A DNA stretch of 32,000 nucleotides. It comes from Promethearchaeum syntrophicum (GTDB lineage Archaea > Asgardarchaeota > Lokiarchaeia > Sigyniarchaeales > Promethearchaeaceae). The position numbers were made by a program, and so were the translations under genes. The notes below the pieces were generated by a model. The model did no database searches and was not told the DNA's origin. It saw nothing but the letters and a program-made list of their open reading frames with translations. The stretch spans positions 690,001 to 722,000 of the forward strand of contig NZ_CP042905.2 of NCBI RefSeq assembly GCF_008000775.2, read 5' to 3'. Positions 8,089 through 15,927 of this stretch are shown here, in pieces. Each line of letters opens with the position of its first letter. Within the stretch, counting starts at the first letter, position 1.

Positions 8089-9810
8089 ATGTTATTACTA
8101 AATCCAAATAATCATAATCGAGAATATGTTGATGAAGACTCCAAAGAAATCATGGTTAAAACCATTAAATTCTTTGAAGAACGAGGGAAAACGCTTCTAT
8201 TAAAAGATGAATTTGATCGGGTGTGGTACCAAGATTTCCTTGATTTTATAAAAAAGGAGAAAATTTTTTACAAATTACTAACCCCCGAAAAATATGGGGA
8301 CGGAACCACGAGGTGGGATACATGGAGAAATTGCGAGTTTAATGAAATTTTAGGCTTCTATGGCCTTCAATATTGGTATACTTGGCAAGTATCAATATTG
8401 GGCTTGGGTCCTATCTGGATAAGTCAGAATGAAAAAGTGAAAAAGCAAACGGCCGAATATTTGAAAAATGGTGAAATTTTTGCTTTCGGTTTATCTGAAA
8501 AGGAGCATGGAGCGGATATTTATTCCTCCGAAATGAAATTAACTCAGATTTCTGAAGGGAATTATACGGCACGAGGCTCTAAATACTACATTGGAAATGG
8601 AAATCAAGCCGCATATGTGTCAATTTTTGGAAAATCCAATCCACCAACCAATCCAGAAGATAAGAAATATGGGGATTATGTTTTCTTTGTAGTAAATAGC
8701 CAACATGAAAAATATGAATGTGTCCAAAATCTAGTAGCCACCTCTTCCTATGTTGCAGAATATAATCTAAACGATTATCCTATCACCGAAGATGATATTT
8801 TAGCAAAGGGAAGAAATGCCTGGGATATGTCTTTAAATACAGTTAATATTGGAAAGTTCAACTTAGGATGGGGTTCCATTGGAATCTGTACACATGCATT
8901 CTATGAATCTATTAATCACGCATCACATCGCAATCTGTTTGATCATTATGTGACCGATTTTCCTCATATCAGGCAATTCTTTGTCGATGCATATTGTAGA
9001 TTAACAGCAATGAAATTATTTGCCCTTCGAGGATCGGATTATATGCGAACTGCATCACCAGAAGATCGGCGATATCTCTTATATGATCCTATGGTTAAAA
9101 TGAAAGTCACAACTCAAGGGGAGGAAGTAATAAATCTCTTATGGGAAATTATTGCTGCTAAAGGATTCGAAAAGAACACTTACTTTTCCTTAGCTGCTCG
9201 TGATATTCGAGCTTTACCTAAGTTAGAAGGGACTGTTCATGTCAATATGGCTCTTATTGTGAAATTCATGGCAAATTATTTCTTCAAACATGCAGAATAT
9301 CCATACGTGGAAAAACAAATGGATGCAAAAAATGATGATTTTCTCTTCAATCAAGGAGGCACCAGTGGTTTGAGCAAGATTCGATTCCATGATTATTCGA
9401 TAGTCTACAAAAGTAAAGATTTACCCAACATCAAAATATTTCGAAAACAAATAGCTATGTTTAAACTCATGTTAATGGGAGCCAGACCATCCAAAGAACA
9501 AGCGAAAGATTTTGATTTTCTCTTTATCATGGGTGAATTGTTTACATTAGTTGTATATGGCCAAATGATTATCGAAAATGCTGCTATTTACAAAATTGAA
9601 GATGATTTATTGGATCAGATTTTTGATTTCATGATTAGGGATTTTTCAAAATTTGCATTACAATTATATTCAAAGCCACAAGCAACAACATTGCAAAGAT
9701 GGTTTGCTAAACGGATGTTGAAAAAACCGAAAGTAAATGTAGCCCGTTTTAATAAAATCTGGAAAGAACACGTGTTTAAATTGAAAGATTTATACACCAT
9801 GAAAGAATAA
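8089..9810 (+). CDS. Acyl-CoA dehydrogenase family protein
   Basis: Track ORF starts 8047; internal ATG at 8089 (MLLLNPNNHNREYVDEDS) more plausible. IFAFGLSEKEHGADIYSSEMKLTQ...GNYTARGSKYYIGNGNQA; C-terminal helical domain. Confidence 0.85.
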   Translation: MLLLNPNNHNREYVDEDSKEIMVKTIKFFEERGKTLLLKDEFDRVWYQDFLDFIKKEKIFYKLLTPEKYGDGTTRWDTWRNCEFNEILGFYGLQYWYTWQVSILGLGPIWISQNEKVKKQTAEYLKNGEIFAFGLSEKEHGADIYSSEMKLTQISEGNYTARGSKYYIGNGNQAAYVSIFGKSNPPTNPEDKKYGDYVFFVVNSQHEKYECVQNLVATSSYVAEYNLNDYPITEDDILAKGRNAWDMSLNTVNIGKFNLGWGSIGICTHAFYESINHASHRNLFDHYVTDFPHIRQFFVDAYCRLTAMKLFALRGSDYMRTASPEDRRYLLYDPMVKMKVTTQGEEVINLLWEIIAAKGFEKNTYFSLAARDIRALPKLEGTVHVNMALIVKFMANYFFKHAEYPYVEKQMDAKNDDFLFNQGGTSGLSKIRFHDYSIVYKSKDLPNIKIFRKQIAMFKLMLMGARPSKEQAKDFDFLFIMGELFTLVVYGQMIIENAAIYKIEDDLLDQIFDFMIRDFSKFALQLYSKPQATTLQRWFAKRMLKKPKVNVARFNKIWKEHVFKLKDLYTMKE

Positions 9811-9972
9811 ACAGGTTTTCTAAAATTTTTTTTTTTAAGTTTTTTTCTGCTTTTGAAGAAATCTCACTGGGCTATATTTCTATTTTAATTTCATAAAAGG
9901 AACAAGAGGAGGTGAACTTAACATCTCAGTGAAAACATATAAATAAAAAAGTTCTAAAAAAAAAATAAAAAA

Positions 9973-10302
9973 TTACTCAGTTTTCTCTTCTGCTTTTGCA
10001 GCAGCTTCTTCAGCTTCTAACTCTTCTTCTAACTCTTCCAAAGGAACTGGAGGTGGCGTAGTTATCATACTATAGCCAATCCAAGCAGCTAACAAGCCGA
10101 TACAAATGATTCCGAGCGTCAAAGGTATCACAACTGCCCATTGCCAATTGAAACCCGCAATTGCATAAAGTCCAGAAAGACCTGTCATTGTGTCTGGGTG
10201 GTGCGAATATAATAAGGAAATTGGCCCCCAGAAGATATAGAAGACTATCAGAAGTAACCCGAAAAGGAAAATAACAAATCCAAATGCTTTATCTTTAGCC
10301 AT
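9973..10302 (-). CDS. Two-TM membrane protein, DPM2/PIG-P-like (hypothetical)
   Basis: 109 aa; DKAFGFVIFLFGLLLIVFYIFWGPISLLY...FNWQWAVVIPLTLGIICIGLLAAWIGYSMITTPPP, acidic C-terminus. Confidence 0.65.
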   Translation of the reverse strand: MAKDKAFGFVIFLFGLLLIVFYIFWGPISLLYSHHPDTMTGLSGLYAIAGFNWQWAVVIPLTLGIICIGLLAAWIGYSMITTPPPVPLEELEEELEAEEAAAKAEEKTE

Positions 10303-10398
10303 ATTTTTTCATCTCAATTTTATTATGTTGAGGATTTAAATCCTTAATTTTTAACAAATTTTCTAGATAATAAAAACCAATCCTTTTTAACCAATTTG

Positions 10399-10737
10399 TT
10401 ATTCTGGAAAAGAGTAATCTTTGAAAAAGCTACTTTTTTGAATTTCTGTTCCACAATTTTCACAAACAATTGAATTTGAATCTTTAATAAGGGGTTTTAA
10501 TTCTTTTGGGATGGGAAATTCGCAGAATGGGCAAAACAACTCTAAATTTGGATCAAATGGTTTATTTTTTTTTATTCTTTTTGGTTGTTCTTCATTTAAT
10601 TGCTTTTTTATACCTTGATATGTTTCTTTTGCGATTTCTTTGGTTTTTGTGAATTCGTCCTTTATTTTTTTTTTTATATCTTCCCAAGATCGTTTATTAT
10701 TTCCTTTTTTTCTATCCGAGTATGCCAAGGTTTTCAC
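10399..10737 (-). CDS. Hypothetical protein with C-terminal zinc ribbon
   Basis: 112 aa; CPFC-(25)-CENC paired CxxC; Lys-rich N-terminus. Confidence 0.65.
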   Translation of the reverse strand: MKTLAYSDRKKGNNKRSWEDIKKKIKDEFTKTKEIAKETYQGIKKQLNEEQPKRIKKNKPFDPNLELFCPFCEFPIPKELKPLIKDSNSIVCENCGTEIQKSSFFKDYSFPE

Positions 10738-10803
10738 TTTTTTAAAGGGATTCTTATTTTCAAAGGGTTTAATTGTTTTAATTTGTGTTTAGCATGATCG
10801 ATA

Positions 10804-11571
10804 TTACTTTTCATTTAATTGGTAAAAAATAATTGATCGTTTTTCTAAAATTGACAATTCATTTAATAATTTTTTGCATACAAGTAATTTTTTTTTTTTT
10901 GTTGGGGTTAGAGCTTGATCCTGGGTATATTCATTTTTTGAAAAGACTCCGATTTTATTTTCAAACTCATAGCCAAACAGAATAAAATCTTGGTCATTAG
11001 GTGCTAAAATATGGCAAAAATAAATGCCACGATCTCCATCCGTAAAACCCCCTGGATTTATAATAGGATAACGACTTTTAACTTGCGTAGTGCAAATAAT
11101 ATTCTCACTAACTCTTGAAAGAATTGACTTAAAATTTTGTAATTTTTTGATATTGTCCCCGTGTCCATGGATAATAATCGTTGATTTTAGTTTTATGAAA
11201 TTTTCTATTTGGTTATAATTTAAACCATCTAAATCCGAAAAAATCAAATCGGGGATGATAGAAAAATTTTCTAAAGCTCTGGCTGAACCGTCTGCTGCCA
11301 CTATAAAATATTTGTTTCTGTTTGATTTTATTTTTTCTTCAATAAATCTTAAATGTTCAATTAAATTCGGGCCTGCTCCAAAGAAAAAAAGACTCTTATC
11401 AATCATTTTTTCTTCGATAGATTTTATTTTTTCTTCGGGATCGTAATTTTTTCTGAATTCATACAAAATATCGCGCGCTTTGACATCTTTCTCCTTATCA
11501 TATTTGAAGATTTGTAAAACCCGTTCATAAATTTCATTTGCTTTATGATAATTGATTAATTCTGAATTCAT
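10804..11571 (-). CDS. mptE: 6-hydroxymethyl-7,8-dihydropterin pyrophosphokinase, MptE-like (DUF115)
   Basis: 255 aa; FFFGAGPNL..., AADGSARAL...PDLIFSDLDG, IIIHGHGDN, NPGGFTDGDRGIYF, FGYEF. Confidence 0.85.
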   Translation of the reverse strand: MNSELINYHKANEIYERVLQIFKYDKEKDVKARDILYEFRKNYDPEEKIKSIEEKMIDKSLFFFGAGPNLIEHLRFIEEKIKSNRNKYFIVAADGSARALENFSIIPDLIFSDLDGLNYNQIENFIKLKSTIIIHGHGDNIKKLQNFKSILSRVSENIICTTQVKSRYPIINPGGFTDGDRGIYFCHILAPNDQDFILFGYEFENKIGVFSKNEYTQDQALTPTKKKKLLVCKKLLNELSILEKRSIIFYQLNEK

Positions 11572-11678
11572 CGATCAAAAGAATCAAACAAAAAGTAAAA
11601 ATCTAAGTAAAAATCTAAGTAATATTCAATGCAAATTTTCAAATTTTATCAGCCATTGTTAATAGATGAATTGGAAAT

Positions 11679-12821
11679 ATGTTTAAAATTGGATTAATTG
11701 TCAATCCTATTGCAGGAATCGGGGGTACTGTCGGACTTAAAGGATCTGACGGATTAGAAATCTTAAATCAAGCAAGAGAAAGAGGTGGTTTAATACAAGC
11801 ACCTAAAAGAACAGAAGAATTTCTTATCGAACTCAAAGCAATTATCGATGATATCAAGATTTATACTTTAAAAGGTGTAATGGGGGGAGATATTGCTATA
11901 AAAGAGGGATTTAAAACAGAATTTCTTATGATTGAAGGAATTCCGACTTCAACTAATCTTTTTGAAACAAATCCTTCGTTTACCATAGAAACTGCAAAAA
12001 AAATGAAAGATCTCAAAATGGATTTGATAATTTTTGTAGGGGGTGATGGAACCGCAAGAGACATTTTTGAATCGGTTGGTTCCGAAATTCCTTGCCTTGG
12101 AATCCCTTCAGGGGTGAAAATAAACTCAAGTGTATTTGCCGTAAATCCTAAAGCAGCCGCAAAATTATTGATTGAATTTTATAATGGTCACGCCCACCTT
12201 AGAGAATCAGAAGTTTTAGATATTGATGAATCTGCTTTTCGTGATAATCGTGTTGTTTCAAAATTCTATGGATATCTTTCAACTCCATATTTACCCACAT
12301 TAAGTCAACCCTCAAAAATGGCGAGTCCACAAACATTGGAAGAAAAAAATAATCAATTGAGAATTGCAGATTGGATAGTGAAACAGATGGATAATTCAGG
12401 AATAGATTATTATTATTTATTAGGACCTGGTACTACTGTTAGGGCAATAGCTGAGGTTTTGGATCAAGATAAGACATTGTTAGGTGTTGATCTGTTTCAT
12501 AAGAAAAAGTGTATTGCTATGGATTTAAATGAACAACAGATAATAAAAAATATCGAAAATAGGAAGGTTAAACTTGTTGTAACTCCAATTGGGGCTCAAG
12601 GATTCGTATTCGGTAGAGGAAATCTTCAGTTGAGTCCAAAAATTCTCATGAAAATTGGGTTAGAAAATATTATCATCATAGCTACCAAATATAAAATTTC
12701 AAGTTTACCGAATGGAAAATTACGAATAGATTCACGAGATTCCACTTTTGATGAAAAATTTACAGGTTTACATAGAGTATTGGCTGATTTTGGAGAAATA
12801 AATATTATTGAAGTGAAATAA
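11679..12821 (+). CDS. ATP-NAD kinase family protein (COG3199-like)
   Basis: 380 aa; IGLIVNPIAGIGGTVGLKGSDG, IIFVGGDGTARDIFE, GIPSGVKINSSVFAVNP, LGPGTTVRAIAE, TPIGAQGFVFGRGN. Confidence 0.85.
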   Translation: MFKIGLIVNPIAGIGGTVGLKGSDGLEILNQARERGGLIQAPKRTEEFLIELKAIIDDIKIYTLKGVMGGDIAIKEGFKTEFLMIEGIPTSTNLFETNPSFTIETAKKMKDLKMDLIIFVGGDGTARDIFESVGSEIPCLGIPSGVKINSSVFAVNPKAAAKLLIEFYNGHAHLRESEVLDIDESAFRDNRVVSKFYGYLSTPYLPTLSQPSKMASPQTLEEKNNQLRIADWIVKQMDNSGIDYYYLLGPGTTVRAIAEVLDQDKTLLGVDLFHKKKCIAMDLNEQQIIKNIENRKVKLVVTPIGAQGFVFGRGNLQLSPKILMKIGLENIIIIATKYKISSLPNGKLRIDSRDSTFDEKFTGLHRVLADFGEINIIEVK

Positions 12822-12863
12822 ATGATTCGGGAAACCGAAATAGAAGATTGAAAAAAAGTAAAT

Positions 12864-13334
12864 TCAAGTTTCAATTTTTCCTGATTTTACCCCAATCATA
12901 TATTGAAGTATTGAAAAACCAGCAAAGGCTAAAAATGCGCCAAGAATGTAGATCTTTATTGCATAACCATAATTAAAACTATGTTTTGTTGCATTATAAA
13001 GTAACAAAAATCCAAGCCCTGCAATGTATATAAGAAATCCAGCTACTAACGATTCGATAATAAATGCTTCATTAGTTGTGGGGTAAAGAAAAATTGCATT
13101 TCCTTGAGCATCTCCTCCAACAGTAACTGTATCACGAATCCCGATATAGATACCACCTAATACTAAATAAAACAAAAACACATAGGTTAGTATTAAAATT
13201 AAGCTTTTCCCTGGTGTTGGTAAACTTAAGCTACCCTCTCGAGCTTCTGGGAATTTTACTTTTGGGATACGGATAACTTCGCCCATAACCCAAGGTATTT
13301 TTTCACCAAATTTTAATTGCAGAGTTTCACTCAT
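12864..13334 (-). CDS. OSTC/OST3-OST6 C-terminal-like membrane protein
   Basis: Track ORF starts 13355; internal ATG at 13334 (MSETLQLKFGEKIPW). IPKVKFPEAREGSLSLPTPGKSLILILTYVFLFYLVLGGIYIGIRD...FLYPTTNEAFIIESLVAGFLIYIAGLGFLLLYNATKHSFNY...FLAFAGFSILQYMIGVK aligns by eye with eukaryotic OSTC. Confidence 0.65.
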   Translation of the reverse strand: MSETLQLKFGEKIPWVMGEVIRIPKVKFPEAREGSLSLPTPGKSLILILTYVFLFYLVLGGIYIGIRDTVTVGGDAQGNAIFLYPTTNEAFIIESLVAGFLIYIAGLGFLLLYNATKHSFNYGYAIKIYILGAFLAFAGFSILQYMIGVKSGKIET

Positions 13335-13418
13335 CAAATTTAAAAGCCAACACATTCTTATAAGGATTTTTGATCAATTATTTTAATCCTTAAATCAATC
13401 AAAATAATGGTCGTGAGA

Positions 13419-14396
13419 TTAATAAATATCAATTATCCCTTCAGTAGTAATTAAAAATTGGGATATCTCCTCGGAATTAGATTCACTATTTACAAGATGA
13501 GCAAATCTTCTTCCCGAATTTTCTGGCATAGATGTAAATTGAGGATTTTCTCCAAGAAGGATCCATTCTTTAATATACGTATTTAGTGTAGTCGATAAAA
13601 TTGGGACAATATCGAAGAAATTGAAATTGTTCAAAGTAGATGATACTTGGGATGTACATAGAATAGGTATATTGAATTTTATTGCTAAATTTGATAGTTT
13701 ACGAAGAATTTGAGAGAATTCGGTAATAATTAAATTCACTTCTTTTTCTTTTTTTGCAATTTCAAGTCGAACGAAATTTGTAAGTGAATCAATTGCTATG
13801 AATTTTATCTTATAATCTAAGAGAATTTCTTCTACTTTGGAAAACGCTAGTTTTAATTCTGAATTAGATTGAATTTGTATGATATAAATCCTCCTTAACA
13901 CGTCATCTACTGGTAAACCCTTAGCATTAGCCATCTGTTGAATTCTTTCAGGTCTGAAGGTTCCTTCAGTATCAATAAATAAAGATACATATTTAGGCAA
14001 TTTTTCTTGAAATTGATCATACGAATTTACACAACATTGATGCGCGATTTGACTTTTTCCCGAACGGAATTTACCATAGAGAAGTGTCATTTTTCTTGAC
14101 GGAACCCCTTTCGTTAATAGAAGTCTATCTAAATTGATTGAACCTGTTGTTAAATGCCATGATGATTTCGTTAAATTAAAATATTCCTTGGATACTAGCT
14201 GATTTTTTTTTTTATAATTATTCATAATTTCTTCCAAATCGGCCGAATTAACAGTTAAATCGGGTTTTAAATCTAGAACCTTCTTTATTTCGTTTCTATT
14301 AAGCAAACCTAAAAATGAAGGATTAATCCACCCTTTTTCCTTTAATTTATTAAATAGAACTTGATCAATTTCTTCTAAATTTTTTAGGGAATTCAT
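13419..14396 (-). CDS. RadA/Rad51-superfamily ATPase (divergent RadA paralog)
   Basis: 325 aa; TTGSINLDRLLLTKGVPSRKMTLLYGKFRSGKSQIAHQ (Walker A), DTEGTFRPERIQQMA, KFIAIDSLTNFVR (Walker B), ITTEGIIDI; N-terminal HhH-like segment. Confidence 0.88.
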   Translation of the reverse strand: MNSLKNLEEIDQVLFNKLKEKGWINPSFLGLLNRNEIKKVLDLKPDLTVNSADLEEIMNNYKKKNQLVSKEYFNLTKSSWHLTTGSINLDRLLLTKGVPSRKMTLLYGKFRSGKSQIAHQCCVNSYDQFQEKLPKYVSLFIDTEGTFRPERIQQMANAKGLPVDDVLRRIYIIQIQSNSELKLAFSKVEEILLDYKIKFIAIDSLTNFVRLEIAKKEKEVNLIITEFSQILRKLSNLAIKFNIPILCTSQVSSTLNNFNFFDIVPILSTTLNTYIKEWILLGENPQFTSMPENSGRRFAHLVNSESNSEEISQFLITTEGIIDIY

Positions 14397-14503
14397 AATA
14401 ATTGTTACCCCTACTTCTACAATAAAACTCTCGATTTTTTTAATTTTCCAATATTTCTATTTCATAAAATTTTTTTAAAATGGTTCGTTTAAATAAACTA
14501 CAA

Positions 14504-15229
14504 ATGGCTAAAAAGAAAACAGCGACAAAAAAGAAAATATCAAAGAAATCTACAAAAAAAAAGAGTTCTAAAAAAACAAGTTCCAAGAAAACTTCCAAGA
14601 AATCATCTTCACCCAAAGCTGTTTCAAAAAAAATAAAATCAAAAAAAACTTCTAAAACAACAACATCTAAATCAAATACTAAATCATCTGTTAAGAAGAT
14701 GAATTATTCAGAAATTGATAAATATATTATGGAAATGCTCGAATTTCATCCACAACTTTTTACTGATGAGATAAAAATCCAATTAGATCTTACTGATTCA
14801 GAATTAAATAAAGCAATAAAACGTCTTAAAAGTAAGAAGAAGATAATAAAAAAATCAATCATGGAAGGATCTAAGTGGAATACTGCTTTATTCAAAATAG
14901 ATAATTATGGATTAAGCCCAAAACCAAAAAAAAAGGCGGTTTTAGTTTGGGATACTGCTAATGATTGTCCTTGTTTTCTGTGTCCGGTAATTTATAAGTG
15001 TTCTTCAGGGCAAAACTATAATAATCCAAGAAGTTGTGATTACTTATCAAATTGGTTAGAAGCTTCAGTTAATGATATTCCTTATGTATCGCCATTTCAT
15101 CCAAATTTCGAGTTGAAAAAGAAGAAAAGTAAATCTAGCATTACCAAAGAAAAGGAAAAAGAATTGGAAAGGGAAAAGGAAAAAGAACTAAAGAAAGAAA
15201 AAGAAAAAGCATTAAAAGTTGTAAATTAA
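14504..15229 (+). CDS. Transcription factor TFE beta / RPC34 (RPC6)-like, with Lys-rich N-terminal tail
   Basis: Track ORF starts 14480; MAKKKTATKK at 14504. Winged-helix-like region (IDKYIMEMLEFHPQLFTDEIKIQLDLTDSELNKAIKRLKSKKKI) and C-terminal CFLCPVIYKCSSGQNYNNPRSCDYLSNWLE, matching the RPC34/TFE-beta Fe-S Cys motif. Confidence 0.82.
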   Translation: MAKKKTATKKKISKKSTKKKSSKKTSSKKTSKKSSSPKAVSKKIKSKKTSKTTTSKSNTKSSVKKMNYSEIDKYIMEMLEFHPQLFTDEIKIQLDLTDSELNKAIKRLKSKKKIIKKSIMEGSKWNTALFKIDNYGLSPKPKKKAVLVWDTANDCPCFLCPVIYKCSSGQNYNNPRSCDYLSNWLEASVNDIPYVSPFHPNFELKKKKSKSSITKEKEKELEREKEKELKKEKEKALKVVN

Positions 15230-15870
15230 ATAAAATTTAATCCCACAATATATAATTCTCTGCTTGATTCTCGTGAAGCTGGTGGTTTCATTCTCTTTAA
15301 AGTTCTAAAATAAGGATTCCATTTTTTCATAATTTCGTTTGTAAATTCAGATTGAAACATTTTCACCACAATATTACCATGTTTTTTGAGATATTTTGTG
15401 AATTCAAACACCTTCTCAACCATTGCTTCCTGTTTTGCTATATCTCTAAAATCTCCTGATGTTTTGGGGGCTAAATCAGATAATATAACATCAAATAATT
15501 TTTCTGGTTGAATAATTTCATTCTCACATTGTTCACTAAAAATATCTACTCGGTGAGTTTCAATAAACGGAGCATCCTCAAAAGGACGAATTGTAGTTAA
15601 ATCAATTCCAATTATTTTAAAATTACGGTATCGTTTAGCTAATGGGATATCAAGATATTTTCTTGCAATAACTTCAATCCATGCTCCGGGGGCAGCACCT
15701 AAATCCAAAATTTTCTTGGGAAATTTACCTTTTATTTTAAAAATATTATATTTTAAATCAATTTGGAGTAATTTATATGCTGCTCTTGATCTAAAGCCTT
15801 CTCTTTTGCTTTTTTTATAATATTTGTCGCTTAATTGTCCTTTGATCCAATTTTTTCCTTTTTTTGCCAA
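15226..15870 (-). CDS. rlmE: FtsJ/RlmE-family rRNA (uridine-2'-O-)-methyltransferase
   Basis: 214 aa; SKREGFRSRAAYKLLQI, ILDLGAAPGAWIEV, DVILSDLAPKTSGDF, VVKMFQ (K-D-K-E scaffold). Confidence 0.93.
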   Translation of the reverse strand: MAKKGKNWIKGQLSDKYYKKSKREGFRSRAAYKLLQIDLKYNIFKIKGKFPKKILDLGAAPGAWIEVIARKYLDIPLAKRYRNFKIIGIDLTTIRPFEDAPFIETHRVDIFSEQCENEIIQPEKLFDVILSDLAPKTSGDFRDIAKQEAMVEKVFEFTKYLKKHGNIVVKMFQSEFTNEIMKKWNPYFRTLKRMKPPASRESSRELYIVGLNFI

Positions 15871-15927
15871 TATAATTCCCTATTTCTTAATAAAATTAAA
15901 TTACTTTTTTTATTTATCATATTTATA

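Noticed and set aside
9811-9972. Spacer with T and A runs and AGAGGAGGTGAAC, considered as an ncRNA or small-gene leader
   Set aside because: GGAGGTG is SD-like, but I found no convincing coding frame or stable fold by eye after it.
9615-12874. ORFs 9615-9800, 10600-10797, 11255-11446, 11861-12064, 12626-12874
   Set aside because: Antisense to, or out of frame with, well supported CDSs; composition typical of AT-rich antisense frames.
14504-14700. AAG/AAA/TCT-rich repeats considered as a microsatellite or CRISPR-like array
   Set aside because: No regular repeat-spacer structure; it is explained as a Lys/Ser/Thr-rich protein tail in frame with the TFE-beta-like ORF.
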